DNA of 63,418 nt, the filler included, from Reticulomyxa filosa (lineage: Eukaryota; Protista; Foraminifera), in the NCBI GenBank assembly GCA_000512085.1. It is 18 parts of 18 records of this genome, joined end to end, with 100 filler letters (N's around TTAATTAATTAA, not from the genome) between each part and the next. Parts side by side here need not be neighbours in the genome. Positions count along the whole stretch, not along the records: positions 52,067 to 54,042 come from ASPP01024394.1; positions 54,143 to 56,005 come from ASPP01027754.1; positions 56,106 to 58,358 come from ASPP01018447.1; positions 58,459 to 60,231 come from ASPP01021288.1; positions 60,332 to 63,418 come from ASPP01009208.1; 13 more parts are not named here. One strand, 5' to 3'. The notes under the pieces were generated by a model. The model had not been told where the DNA came from and made no database searches. It saw only the letters and a program-made list of their open reading frames with translations. How positions within the stretch are numbered: position 1 is the stretch's first letter; every line of letters begins with the position of its first letter. This document shows, piece after piece, positions 52,346-63,418 of this stretch. Both the position numbers and the translations under genes were made by a program.

Positions 52346-53673
52346 TTAATGTATTGCCCGCACTTGCGTATTTTTTGGTGTGTTTGGAAGTGGAAAAGTC
52401 ATGACCGCATCGGAAATATCATGGACAAGACGCTCGATCGAGACTTGGGCAACGGGCAAGTCGAATTGTTGGACGCAGTGTAGCAAGGCGTCCATGCACT
52501 TTTTGTCTTGACCCGCCGGGAGCGAAAGTGCATTGGTGCTTTGACTCGCACGCACTCCAAAGCCTAAGCGTTCCATTTTTTTTTTTGCACCACGCTCTCG
52601 CTTCGTCGTTTTTGCGGAGATACGTCGCCCACGGGATCCACGGTCAGTCGCTCGCTGCTTTCCCTGCGGCTGTGTTTTTTCAGTTGGTCTAGCACCTCTT
52701 TGGATATATCAAACAAGTCGCCATTGCTCTTTTGAGTCTTTATCATAGGTTTGGATACAGTTTTTTGGAGACAAGATCTTTTTTTTTTAATGTATGTACA
52801 CACTTATACATATATGTACATATATATATGTATATAATCTATTTCTTTGTATTTGTGTTCTTACTGAATCAGATTGTAACGAAATATCTTCGCTCAATGA
52901 CTGGCTACGAGTATGATTAGACTCTGACATTCTCGAGAAAGTGGTCCGCGTCTATTTTCGCCAATAACAAGCCAATCTAAAGAAACCTGGACCACCTCCA
53001 CTCATCGTCGCTCGGTGATGGACGCCGGCGTGATCGTCATTGTTCGTATTGTCATTGCCCATGTCATTCGTCTTTTGCACGGCGTTGGGAGTCGTGAGCA
53101 TTGCTGTTGACACTGACACTGACACTGGCGTTGGTGTTGATGGCGATGTCGATGACACTATCAATGGCATTGGCAATGTCAACGACGGCGTTGAGATTAG
53201 TGTCGAGCTCTTTTGTCCAATGCCTCCACAGTAACGCAACTGTGCTCCGATTTTTGGTAACACCTTTTTTATGCTCTGACTTTTCAACAAGGGCACACAA
53301 GTCCGGTATATTATTGTATCAATGATTGCGTAAATTACTATCGGTTGCTTGTTTTATCATTTGTTTATAATATATTTTTTTTTCTTTTCTTGAGATAGGT
53401 TTTTAAATAGTTCTCCAAAACTGGAATTGGAGGTAGCGGTCTCTTCTGTAAGTACCTCTTTCTTTTTTTATGAGACAAAAATGCGTCTATTGTTGGATGC
53501 GGTATGTTCGCCATTAGTTTTGCATGTACTAACTCTCTACTTATATGGACAGTATTCAACAAGAGATCGCCTTTCATCGATGATGAAAGGTTTGCTGTAT
53601 TATTTATCACTTCAGTGGCCATAGTCGAAGCACGAAAAACAGCCTTCAAAGGATTTTTCCTGAAGACAGTCAC
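52346..53673 (-). CDS. Hypothetical protein, multi-exon, Ser/Thr/Pro-rich
   Basis: Consecutive minus-strand ORFs with raised GC separated by AT-rich intron-like gaps; no domain recognised; start uncertain. Confidence 0.5.
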
Positions 53674-54142
53674 AAAACAAAAAAGACGCCATTTGTTGGC
53701 AATAACACAGTAATGTCATGGTTACACACAATTATTTTGGACTTGATTGAAAAAATCAGCCTTGTCATTCGTAAATTATTTCTATCTTTGTGTTTGGATG
53801 TAAAGTGTGTATCTGACACAAGATAAAACGAAAGTTAAAATTTAGAAAAAATTTTCTGATTTTATTAATTTAAAAATAAGAAAACATTTTTTTTTTAAAA
53901 AGCTGTCACCAAAAAAAAAAATCTGAAATTACTTTGGGATCGGTCAGAAGATAACATTTTAAATCAAAAAAAAAAGTCAATAATATCGAATTGGTGTGTT
54001 TACATTGGTTGGTTGAAATTAAAATTATTGAAATTTTTTTTTNNNNNNNNNNNNNNNNNNNNNNNNNNNNNNNNNNNNNNNNNNNNTTAATTAATTAANN
54101 NNNNNNNNNNNNNNNNNNNNNNNNNNNNNNNNNNNNNNNNNN

Positions 54143-54325
54143 CTCAAATATCGAACTATACTGAACTAAAAAAAAAGAAAATAAAAATATTGAAACAATT
54201 ATGAAAGATTTATAAAAAACTAAATTCAAAATTATATTTAAAACTACAATATTCGTAGTTATATTTAAAAACTACAATATTCGTAGATATTTTTAAAAAT
54301 TATGCCTGGATGTTGTTTTTGATCA
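54143..54325 (-). repeat. Internal fragment of the MITE family with a local tandem duplication of about 27 bp
   Basis: aaaaactaaattcaaaattatattt...actacaatattcgtagatattttt matches 17625-17680; ttatatttaaaa(a)ctacaatattcgtag occurs twice in tandem. Confidence 0.7.
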
Positions 54326-54938
54326 AACTGACATTGTTAACTCATGTTTCTAAGCTAGTGTCCATTGTTTTCACTAAAATTGTTACATATTCTTTCACCG
54401 TACTCAATACAAAATTTCTTTTTTAATACAAGCATCGGACCTCCTTAAAGAGATATCACGAAAATTTTAAAAGCAAAGAAAAAAGAAGATACAAGTCGAA
54501 AAAGTGACAGAGTAAATATTAGAATTGTAAAAAGAATAAAATTTTTATAATTGACAAAAAATTTGAAAAAATCAAATGTATTCTGAAACACTTGAGTAAT
54601 TACAAAATGTTTCAATTTCACACTATACTATCAATTGCATGATATATTTGCAAACATAATCTTGCTTAATTTCCTCAAAGTGTGGCATGAATGAAAAGAA
54701 CAAATAGGATTGCAGTAAAGAGATCTGAGTGACTTTTCATGTTCTTGGTTTTTTTTACTCTATTCGAACATCATTTTTATTGTGTGGGAAGTGTGTTAGC
54801 AGCGCGGAGTGTAATACAGAAGTTTCTTGCGTTAAAAAAAATGTACAAGGATAGAACTCGAACCACTCCAACCTAACCCGGCTCTTTTGTCTTCCGAACA
54901 TAAACTTGTTTGAGTGTCAAAAAACTCCCTCACTTCCA

Positions 54939-55693
54939 ATGACAATGTTAGCTAATGGTGTTATGTATGATCCAAGAATAAATTATTATCCCTCTCAAGT
55001 AGGGCAAGGACAGCAATTATTGATTACCTATTCACCCGCACAAAGCAAGCAGGTCGTTCCAGTGCAAATGCAGTCAATTCCTTCAGGGGTAATGCGTCAG
55101 TCAGCGCCAAATCGAAATGTAACAAAATCGCCTCAGCCACCAATTATGATTCCGACATCGAATAATGGTGACAGCAGTACAGGACTAAATGTCATGCCAA
55201 TAACAATGACAATGCCTGCAATGCTAAGCAATAATGATTTTTCCAACGTGAATCCGGACAACAGCAACAACAACAACAACAATAATAATAATAATAACAA
55301 TAATAATAGCAACAACAGCAATAACAACAATAACTTCGTGTCCACGTCACCCCCACAAAACTTGTTATCCTTTCGCAACGAAGCCTTGGATATCGTGAGC
55401 GAGAGTAACCCAACGTACGCAACTCGCGCGAACAACGTGAGCGACAATCCGCCGAGCGTCGAAGCTAACCCTATCCATGAGCCATGCGAATACATCCACA
55501 ATATCAGTCCAGAAATCCAGAATACGTTCCAGCAGCAGAAAATGCAAGCCGGTGAAATCCGTAAGTGCTATCACGCATCGCAAGGAGGGTTGGAGAGTCT
55601 GTGTCAGCAAATTGCTGAAATATTGACAGTTATTTAAACAAGTTTTTTTTGTTGGGTTAATAGTCATAACAAGAATTTAACTATATATTATAC

Positions 55694-55733
<40 letters not shown>

Positions 55734-56005
55734 AAGGAGGAAACAAAAGAAAATGCGATTGTTGGGAACAATGTCGAAATGCAGCACTCGTTATCTTTCG
55801 GGTCAGTTGGAGCCAAGTCCAAAGAGGCGACGAGCGCAAAAGCGGGATTGACGAATATGCGCAATGACCACAATGACAACGACACAAATGGGAAAAGCCA
55901 AGACCATAGCACACATGGTCTTAGCAACGGCAATGGTATTAACAATAGCAATAGTAATAATAACAGCAATAGCAATAGCAATAACAATAATAATAATAAT
56001 AATAA
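54939..56005 (+). CDS. Hypothetical Gln/Asn/Pro-rich low-complexity protein, 3'-truncated
   Basis: ORF 54906-55637 plus next exon from about 55736; poly-Asn tracts; no domain recognised. Confidence 0.55.
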
Positions 56006-56199
56006 NNNNNNNNNNNNNNNNNNNNNNNNNNNNNNNNNNNNNNNNNNNNTTAATTAATTAANNNNNNNNNNNNNNNNNNNNNNNNNNNNNNNNNNNNNNN
56101 NNNNNTATTATCTTTTTTTTTCTTATTACTACCTTTTTTTTTTCTTTTATTATTACATTTTCTTTTTTCCCCACACTTATTCTTAATTTTTTTCCCTTT

Positions 56200-58358
56200 T
56201 CCAAATCCCTTTCATAGATTACCACTGCCATTTTATTGCCTCGATCTATATGCACACAAACAAAGTTATATTTTATGATCTTTAAATAATATACTAAAAA
56301 AAGAATATTTATAACTATTGCTTGGACTTCATCTGCATTCTCCTATAAAGACACTAGCAATACTTTTTTTTAGGTATGGGGGGGGGGGCAAATAAATAAA
56401 AAGGTACATATATTTTTTTTCTTTGAAGGGGGAATCCTATTGAATCACACAAACACAACGACATCACATAACAAAAGAATATCTATATATGTATATAAAT
56501 AACACAAACCATTTTTCCTTATCGAGGATACGGGGGTAGATTTCGACCCCAATTTTTCTTTTTTTTTCTTTTGTGTGAAGGGGAGGCACAAATAACCGTA
56601 ACGAGCATTGTGGACAGGGGAACCTATGTTACAAAACATAACAAACAACAAAACACTTAAACATATTTTAAGAAAAAAGACAAATAAAACAAACCTTTAT
56701 TTCTCCTTTCGGAGACAGGGTGGTTTCTACCCCGTATTCTTTTTTTTTTTCATCACAGCTGGTCCTATGTAAACAACATACTATTTTACAAGTTGAACAT
56801 AAATTAAAAACACAATAGATTACCTTCATTGATATTCCGCAAGCGCAGTTGCTCATCTCGCACGTCATCACATTGCTCGCTGTTCATCTTCTTACTCCAA
56901 CTATTTGCTCCATCGCTGATCTTTTTGTGCAATCTATACAAGTAACAACAAAAACACATCTTTATATTATTATTACAACAACAAAATTTAAAAACTAATA
57001 ACTTTACAAGACCACATTGGTCATATGTTAATGTGGAGGCTGCTGTTGTTAATGTTTAGCAGGAACATAATCAATGCATCGATATATGCGAGTGTGCAAT
57101 ATGGTGTGAGCCTCGTGGAAGTAGCTCTGCTGCACAAAAAAGGGTTGACATCACCACTGACTTGCAATTCGATTGCTCATCAGTTGTGTTGTTGCAGACA
57201 TCCTCCTTTGCGCTAGCAGCGCTTCTACCACATAATGCAGGTGCTGATCCATATAATTGCGATTGCATTTCCATTAAAATCTGCTCCAATAATTGTTGCT
57301 GATTTGGCCATGTGTAAGTCGTCATTGTGGTCTTTGTCGTCCATGTCATTCATTTCTTTTTTGCGCCACATCGTACGACCTGTACAAAAAATTTTGTTTG
57401 TTTGTTTGTTAAAAAAAAATTAAAAAAAAAAAAGAACCTAACATTGAAATATCGAACATCACTTGAAAAATTTTGCTCGATAATTGGCTTGTGATTTGTG
57501 GAATAGAGACTTGTCGAATGCAGCAAATTTTTGCGTGTTGGTAACAATGGCTTGGACGGGCAAGTTGAATTTGTACTTGCAAATTTGTATTGTTTGGAGC
57601 ACGATACGTTGAAAAGACAGAATTGTCGCCATTGTGTATATTATTGATATCCAAGTTCGGCGTTCGCACCATCGTGATACTGGAGCAATCTATCACAAAA
57701 CATTTATTAAATGTTATTTGTGCTCCTGGATGCCCAAACCATTTGCACACTTTCGACTGTTGTGAGTTTATCATCACAATTACATCCACATCTACTTCAA
57801 TACTTGCACATACACTATGTTTATGTTTTTTTTAAAAAAATCCATTTCAAATAAAATCAATCATAAAATCAATCTATCTTCCCCCTTACTTTCTTTTGGT
57901 ATACGTAACCTCCCTTTTTTTTCATGAACATTTTTTTTTCATTAGATCTTTATGTCACTGTTATTTACCTGTATTTTAGTGTAAAGTATGACGATGGCAT
58001 TCTCGAAGTTGTGAAAATATCCATGGCCCGCATTTTGGAGTGTATATTCTTTTTGGACCGCATTATGATCATTGACGTGCTTTCGATAACACGTATACTT
58101 ATATTTTTCAATTGCACCGATATTTCTACGCTGCTAAAGCCTTGTTGACATTGCACGCATTTCCACATTTGTCTAACAGAGTCGTTCGATGCTGCCATTA
58201 ATGTATCCATGTTGCTTTGATTATTTGAATATATTATGACGTTTTCGTTTGAGTTTTCTTTGATCACGCTTCTTACACTGGACATCGCTAGAACTGCAGT
58301 TAAGACTTGCAGTATTATCAATATAATTTCATCTACCAACGATAGCTTCATTTTGACA
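56200..58358 (-). pseudogene. Degenerate Cys-rich gene, possibly an RBR/IBR-type E3 ligase remnant
   Basis: Scattered Cys/His clusters (CVQCQQ, CEMSNCACG, CSTCKIVCCLH, SPVH, HIDRG) in broken frames; family assignment weak. Confidence 0.3.
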
Positions 58359-60361
58359 NNNNNNNNNNNNNNNNNNNNNNNNNNNNNNNNNNNNNNNNNN
58401 NNTTAATTAATTAANNNNNNNNNNNNNNNNNNNNNNNNNNNNNNNNNNNNNNNNNNNNAAATCAATGAAAATGATTATTATTCACTGGGACTTTATCTCA
58501 CATGTCCTCTTTTGGTCATTTTAAGTAGTTGTATTATCATTTCACTAGCAAATGCAAGGAAAACAGTGATAGAGTTAAATGAAAGAATGACAAATCCATT
58601 ACTTTACTTGTTGAATCAAGCGAGACAAAGAAAGAGACAATAATTGGAGTTTGCATTGAACAAACATGGGAGATTATTTTGCAAAATGTTTTGTTTGTGT
58701 TTGCGAGCAATGATTCCAATGACAATGATATTTAGTTCAAATCTTTTGAATGGATCAATTTTTTTTTTTGTTATCGTTTCCATTAAAATTGTCCACTACA
58801 TTACTGATAGCCTTTTATCAACACAAGCATAATATTTGAAAAAAATAGAAAGTTTTTAAAAATGTAAACAAAATATTATTAAAATAAATGAATATCTGTA
58901 AAAATAAAGGCGTTCTGTCACAAAAAAAAAAGGGAGACCAAATATGAACTCTAGTTTTTCAAGCAGACGAACAGGTCTCGACTTGAACAAAAAGGCACTT
59001 CTTTTACTAAGAGCACAATCTTGAAAAAGGAAATTGTACTTTAGTACAAAATGCAACCTTTTCTTTCTCTCAAGGGCACGGCAAATCGCAGTATTTATTA
59101 TTAAAAGCTCTAAAAAAATCACTCCAAAAAATTTTAATTTTTGCACAACACAAAAGAAAATGTTTGCACTCATGTATTGATGCCTTCATTATACTCTTTT
59201 CTTGAAATTGTACATTTTTTGATAAAAAATGATATCTTTCTTTCATTCTTTTCTAAAATACCTGTTTTATATCTTATTGATGAAAGACAATCCTAGAAGC
59301 AAGCAAAGCAAGAGATTTCAAAATTTTACGATTTTTTTATAACATCAAACAATATGACATAACTTTTAAAAAAAATTGTGAAATGAACTTTATAAATGAC
59401 CATCATTTGCCATGCTGTCTCTTCTCATTTTCTAGTTTTTTCAATTTAATTATTTTTTCATGCAATTCTTTTAGGATTAGTTGACTTTAAAAACATACAA
59501 CTTAAAAATGTGTCTTGAATAAGCTTCTTTCTGAGTATATGTCTATTTATTTAAAATAAATAGATTATACATTTAAAGAAATTTTTACAATTACTGCCAA
59601 CATTTTTAATCTATGAGCGAATATAAAATTCATTAAAATAAGCTTATTTTATTGCCTTCTTTAATGAAATTGTTCACATATAAATCGACTTAAATCAAGT
59701 TTTATTTGAATAATAAATAAATTAAGATTGTTATGTTCAATTTGTCCGTATTAAACATTCAAACTTTGTTCCAAAAGATAATTTTATCTAAAAACAAAAA
59801 AAGAATAAAAATTGGTTGAATAAAAAAAGTGTTGTTCATGTGCTTATTTTCGAACATAGCACGCTTTATATAAATAATCAAATTTTTTGCACAATTTTTA
59901 ATATAGTGCAAATTTTCAGTAGTACTTAAATAATTAAAAAAAACTTAATCTCATAATTAAAAAATATGTTAAGAATTTATTTATTATTATATTCATAATT
60001 CATCAATATGATTGTGTGATTTCAATTGATTTCTTGTTTTATATTTTATTTCAAATTATTTTATATACATATCCTTTTTTTCAACAGTATTTCCGAAATG
60101 TATTGTAACAAATGATGCAAATAAATATTGATGACATTTGCAATAATTAGTTGTTATATCATTTCGATAAGCGTTTTCCTTTTCTTTGAGATAATATTTG
60201 TGTTTGTAAGGTATGAATACAAATGGATAAANNNNNNNNNNNNNNNNNNNNNNNNNNNNNNNNNNNNNNNNNNNNTTAATTAATTAANNNNNNNNNNNNN
60301 NNNNNNNNNNNNNNNNNNNNNNNNNNNNNNNTTAAAAAAAAAAAAAAAAAAAAAAAGAAGA

Positions 60362-60937
60362 GAGAAGAAAGAATTGAATAATGACCAGCTTTCTATTGCT
60401 TTGTGGTATTTGCATATGTATACGTATTCAGGTTCAACAAGTTTCGACATTGATTTAAACTTCTCCAATGGCACAACCGCGGCTGTTGGTAGTTACGAGA
60501 AGGAACCACGTGCGACTGAATTTGTGGCAAAGGTAAAAGAATGGTTGGATGCAAATCGACCTAGACATGGGATAAAATGCGGAAAAATGGAAGATATTGC
60601 AGCACAGGGCGGTTTGGTGTTACAACCGATGGTTCGTCCTGCCGAAAAAGATTTATTTGAGACCTTGCGACGGGAGCAACAATCTTACAGCGGTGTTTTT
60701 CGGAATATGCCCGGTCACAGAGGAGGAGGAGTTCAGCCCAGTCAAAGCGGAGTGGTTCAACCCAATTACAGCGGAGTGATTCAGTCCAATAACAACCAGC
60801 AGTCATATGACAACCAGCAGTCTTATGACAACCAGCAGTCGTATGACAATCAACAGTCGCCTAATAATCAGCAGTCTAATAACAATCAGTACGCTGTACC
60901 AACCTATCCAACGACCACTGAGAATACTCATCAGTAA
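60362..60937 (+). CDS. Hypothetical protein, last exon, with a Q/N/S/Y/G-rich repetitive tail
   Basis: 187-codon ORF after an A-rich acceptor; tail GVVQPNYS / NQQSYD repeats. Confidence 0.7.
   Translation, partial: EKKELNNDQLSIALWYLHMYTYSGSTSFDIDLNFSNGTTAAVGSYEKEPRATEFVAKVKEWLDANRPRHGIKCGKMEDIAAQGGLVLQPMVRPAEKDLFETLRREQQSYSGVFRNMPGHRGGGVQPSQSGVVQPNYSGVIQSNNNQQSYDNQQSYDNQQSYDNQQSPNNQQSNNNQYAVPTYPTTTENTHQ
60793..60882 (+). repeat. Five tandem 18-bp coding repeats (NQQSYD-like)
   Basis: caaccagcagtcNtatga three times, then two diverged units. Confidence 0.9.
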
Positions 60938-63055
60938 TTGAAAGGCGGGTGGTGGAGAAGGGAGGGCTGTAAATAAAATATATATATTTTTTTTGTTATT
61001 ATGAGAGTTGTGTAGTTTTTTCCTTGAGTGCATATTTGACTCAGTTAGAAATTTTATTGACAAAAAATATTTTTTGTCACAATTTTAAAAATTAATAATC
61101 TTTTTCGTAATCTGAAGAGACAAATAAAAAACTCCTGCATTGTGTCACGTATAAGTTTTGATGGTGTCTGAAAAAATTCTATCATAGCTCTTGAGCCAAA
61201 GACTTTAAAGAATTGTAAAATGAATACGTAATACAGACAAAAAGCTGGCTCAGCGACCCCAATTGTCATCAATAGTTGCAATACTCTTAAAGTTTTTTTA
61301 TCATCCCATTAGTCTGAACAGTTTATACGTAGTTAATTTCTAAAAGAAAGTTCGTTGGCTCCTGCACAAAAGTGGTCTTTGTCCTCCACAAAGCGTTTTT
61401 AGTTTTGATGATTGTGAAAAAATTATGACAAAAGTAATTTGCTATTCTCTTGGCCGTCATTGGTTTCTAAGAGAAAAAGAAGTAACAAATGTTGGGTTGA
61501 TAATTAGTTTAAATGGAGAAAAACCTTAAAAACACTTAAAAAGTTTTTTGTCCAAAACTCTTGGTTATGTAAGGAGTTGCGAAATATAAGAGATGCAAGA
61601 TGAGTCGGTAGATCTTGAGTAGAGTTATCCGAGTTGTTGACATATTGACGATGTCCAGGCACGTGTGGTTCTGTAAGGTCAAAGCAATGGCTCGACACTG
61701 ATACTGTTACGAAGGTAATTGTAATGTAAGCTTGCTTACATGAAATCGGGGTTGAAACAAGTCAAAGAGATGGGGCAACGAGTGAGGCCGGAAACGGAGC
61801 AACTAAAACCCGCCACCATTGCTAAGTTGTCCTAACAGATCTCAAACAGTTTGGATCGCATCGTCACAATATAGCGAACAACAATGCTTGGATAGCAACT
61901 AATTAAGTTCGACCGCTCATCTTTTTTCTTTTTTTTGCTTATGAAATTTTTGGTAATGATAATGATTTATTTACTTTGAAACAATAAACATAATGCTATC
62001 TATTGAATTGAATACTACGAATGGTTGCTTTTAAAGTGTCGTGTTGTTTTTGTTTCAGGATTTGTGTTGGACTTCATTGTCAGATTGGACCATGTGCAAT
62101 GATGGATTACTGTGTTTCGTGTGATCAAGTTTAATATCAAATATATGTTACATGATCAACTATCACAGAAATGCGTCATTTTGCTTATTATTGGAAATAA
62201 TTGTTCAATGTAAGCTTCGTAATAATTTTTGTCTTGAATGCATCGCTTTGTTTTTTTGTTTGATACACATTGCCAAATAATTAGTTTGTAACTAAACTTT
62301 GAGCTTTGTTGTAAAAAGCAAATATCAAATACATTTGCAGTCTCTTGTTTGAAGAAATGCTGCTTTAAAATTTGCATTTCTTAGTTTTAGTTATTATTAC
62401 GCTAACCAATGTTGTATTGTTGACGTCAAGTTTGTGATTATCGTAACAATAGTAAAAAAAGATAAAGTGTTGCTTTACAATCACATTATTTGAAATAAGC
62501 TGCTGCTATGAATCTGACATGAACGTCAATATTTAAAACAATTTTCAAGTTTTCAAAACAAAATAGCTTTTGTGAGTTTTCAAACAGAGTACTATTCTAA
62601 CAATGTAACAGTTAATCATTTCTCAATTCGTGTGCGTACAAGATATATTTAAACTAGTCATTTTTATTATTACATTTACATTTTATTCAACAACAAATAA
62701 ATATATGCACGTGGATAAAGTGATCTCGTTGACAAATCAGATTTTTTGACATTTTTTACTTTGTTTTCTTCAATCACTTTTAGCACACTTTCTTTCAATA
62801 GTTTCTTCATAATTTAATTGTTCTTTAATTGCGCACATCACAATTCCATTTTGCCTCGTATACTTTCATCGTTGCACAGCTGCGTTGATATTTTTTGTCC
62901 CATGGTATTCAATTGTAAAATGATACTATTTTCACGTTTACTTTTTTTTGACACAAAATTAGATTGTTCAAAATTATTCTAAGATTCAGTGCAAGAACGA
63001 AATCCCCTATCAAAAAAAAAAAAATAATACTGTCAAAAAAAGATTTTCAAAAACT

Positions 63056-63391
63056 ATGGATTTGTCAAAACCACATTATATCTTTAAGAGCGTGGATATG
63101 CCCAAATCACAAGCACATACAATGTGGCAAGCGCTGAAAAATGGGATTTTAGAAATACAAAACGGAAACTCTTCTACACTTCGTTTTGAAGAATTATACA
63201 GGTGTTATTCTAACAAAAAAAGTGGATAATTAAAAAACAAGCAAATTTTTGTTTTGTCTTGTATCAATTTTCAAATTAGAAATGCATATACGTTGGTGTT
63301 ACATAAGCACGGTGATCTGTTGTATGAGGGAGTTGATGGTACAATCGTAGAGCAAGTGGACAGGGTGCAAATGATGTGATCAAAACAGGAG
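63056..63391 (+). CDS. CUL3: Cullin-3, first two exons; absent from the ORF track
   Basis: MDLSKPHYIFKSVDMPKSQAHTMWQALKNGILEIQNGNSSTLRFEELYR / NAYTLVLHKHGDLLYEG; intron 63202-63279 (GT-AG). Confidence 0.93.
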
Positions 63392-63418
63392 GTGTAAAAC
63401 GAAAAAAAAAAAAAAAAA

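Noticed and set aside
7402-60331. Recurring TTAATTAATTAA between N runs as a biological repeat or CRISPR-like array
   Set aside because: Fixed 100-bp six-frame-stop linker added when contigs were concatenated.
1-63418. Co-location of RNF213-like, U-box, RING, NACHT/WD40, ART-like and CUL3 genes as a defence island
   Set aside because: They sit on different contigs, so the adjacency is artificial.

Overview
This is not one locus. It is 18 short eukaryotic contigs joined by 17 identical artificial 100-bp linkers (N44-TTAATTAATTAA-N44), so nothing can be inferred from adjacency across a linker. The DNA is very AT-rich, has short GT-AG introns and uses the standard code. Its expanded families (WD40 with a 'HWIR..GWI.DFDKIV' leader, ART-like/kelch, U-box) are what I associate with a foraminiferan such as Reticulomyxa filosa; that is inferred from memory, not searched. 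Recognisable genes: a heavily frameshifted RNF213/mysterin-like AAA+ ATPase, a U-box protein, a G-protein alpha subunit, WD40 and NACHT fragments, a C2-GRAM-myotubularin-FYVE phosphatase, gamma-COP, PGK, an SLC26/SulP transporter, an SRSF2-like SR protein, a RING/TM protein, an SPFH protein, a CTD small phosphatase, an XK-related membrane protein, MSH3, an Aa_trans amino-acid transporter, RagC/D, BTAF1/Mot1, an ART-like/kelch protein and cullin-3. Outside the ORF track there is a complete 536-bp TA-flanked Tc1-derived MITE that still carries the transposase C-terminus, plus three partial relatives. Other notable signals: poly(A) tracts instead of polypyrimidine tracts at many splice acceptors, a RagC with Ser in place of the catalytic Gln, and a G-alpha with a non-canonical P-loop. 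No rRNA, tRNA or CRISPR array was found. Exon boundaries were read by eye and are approximate.
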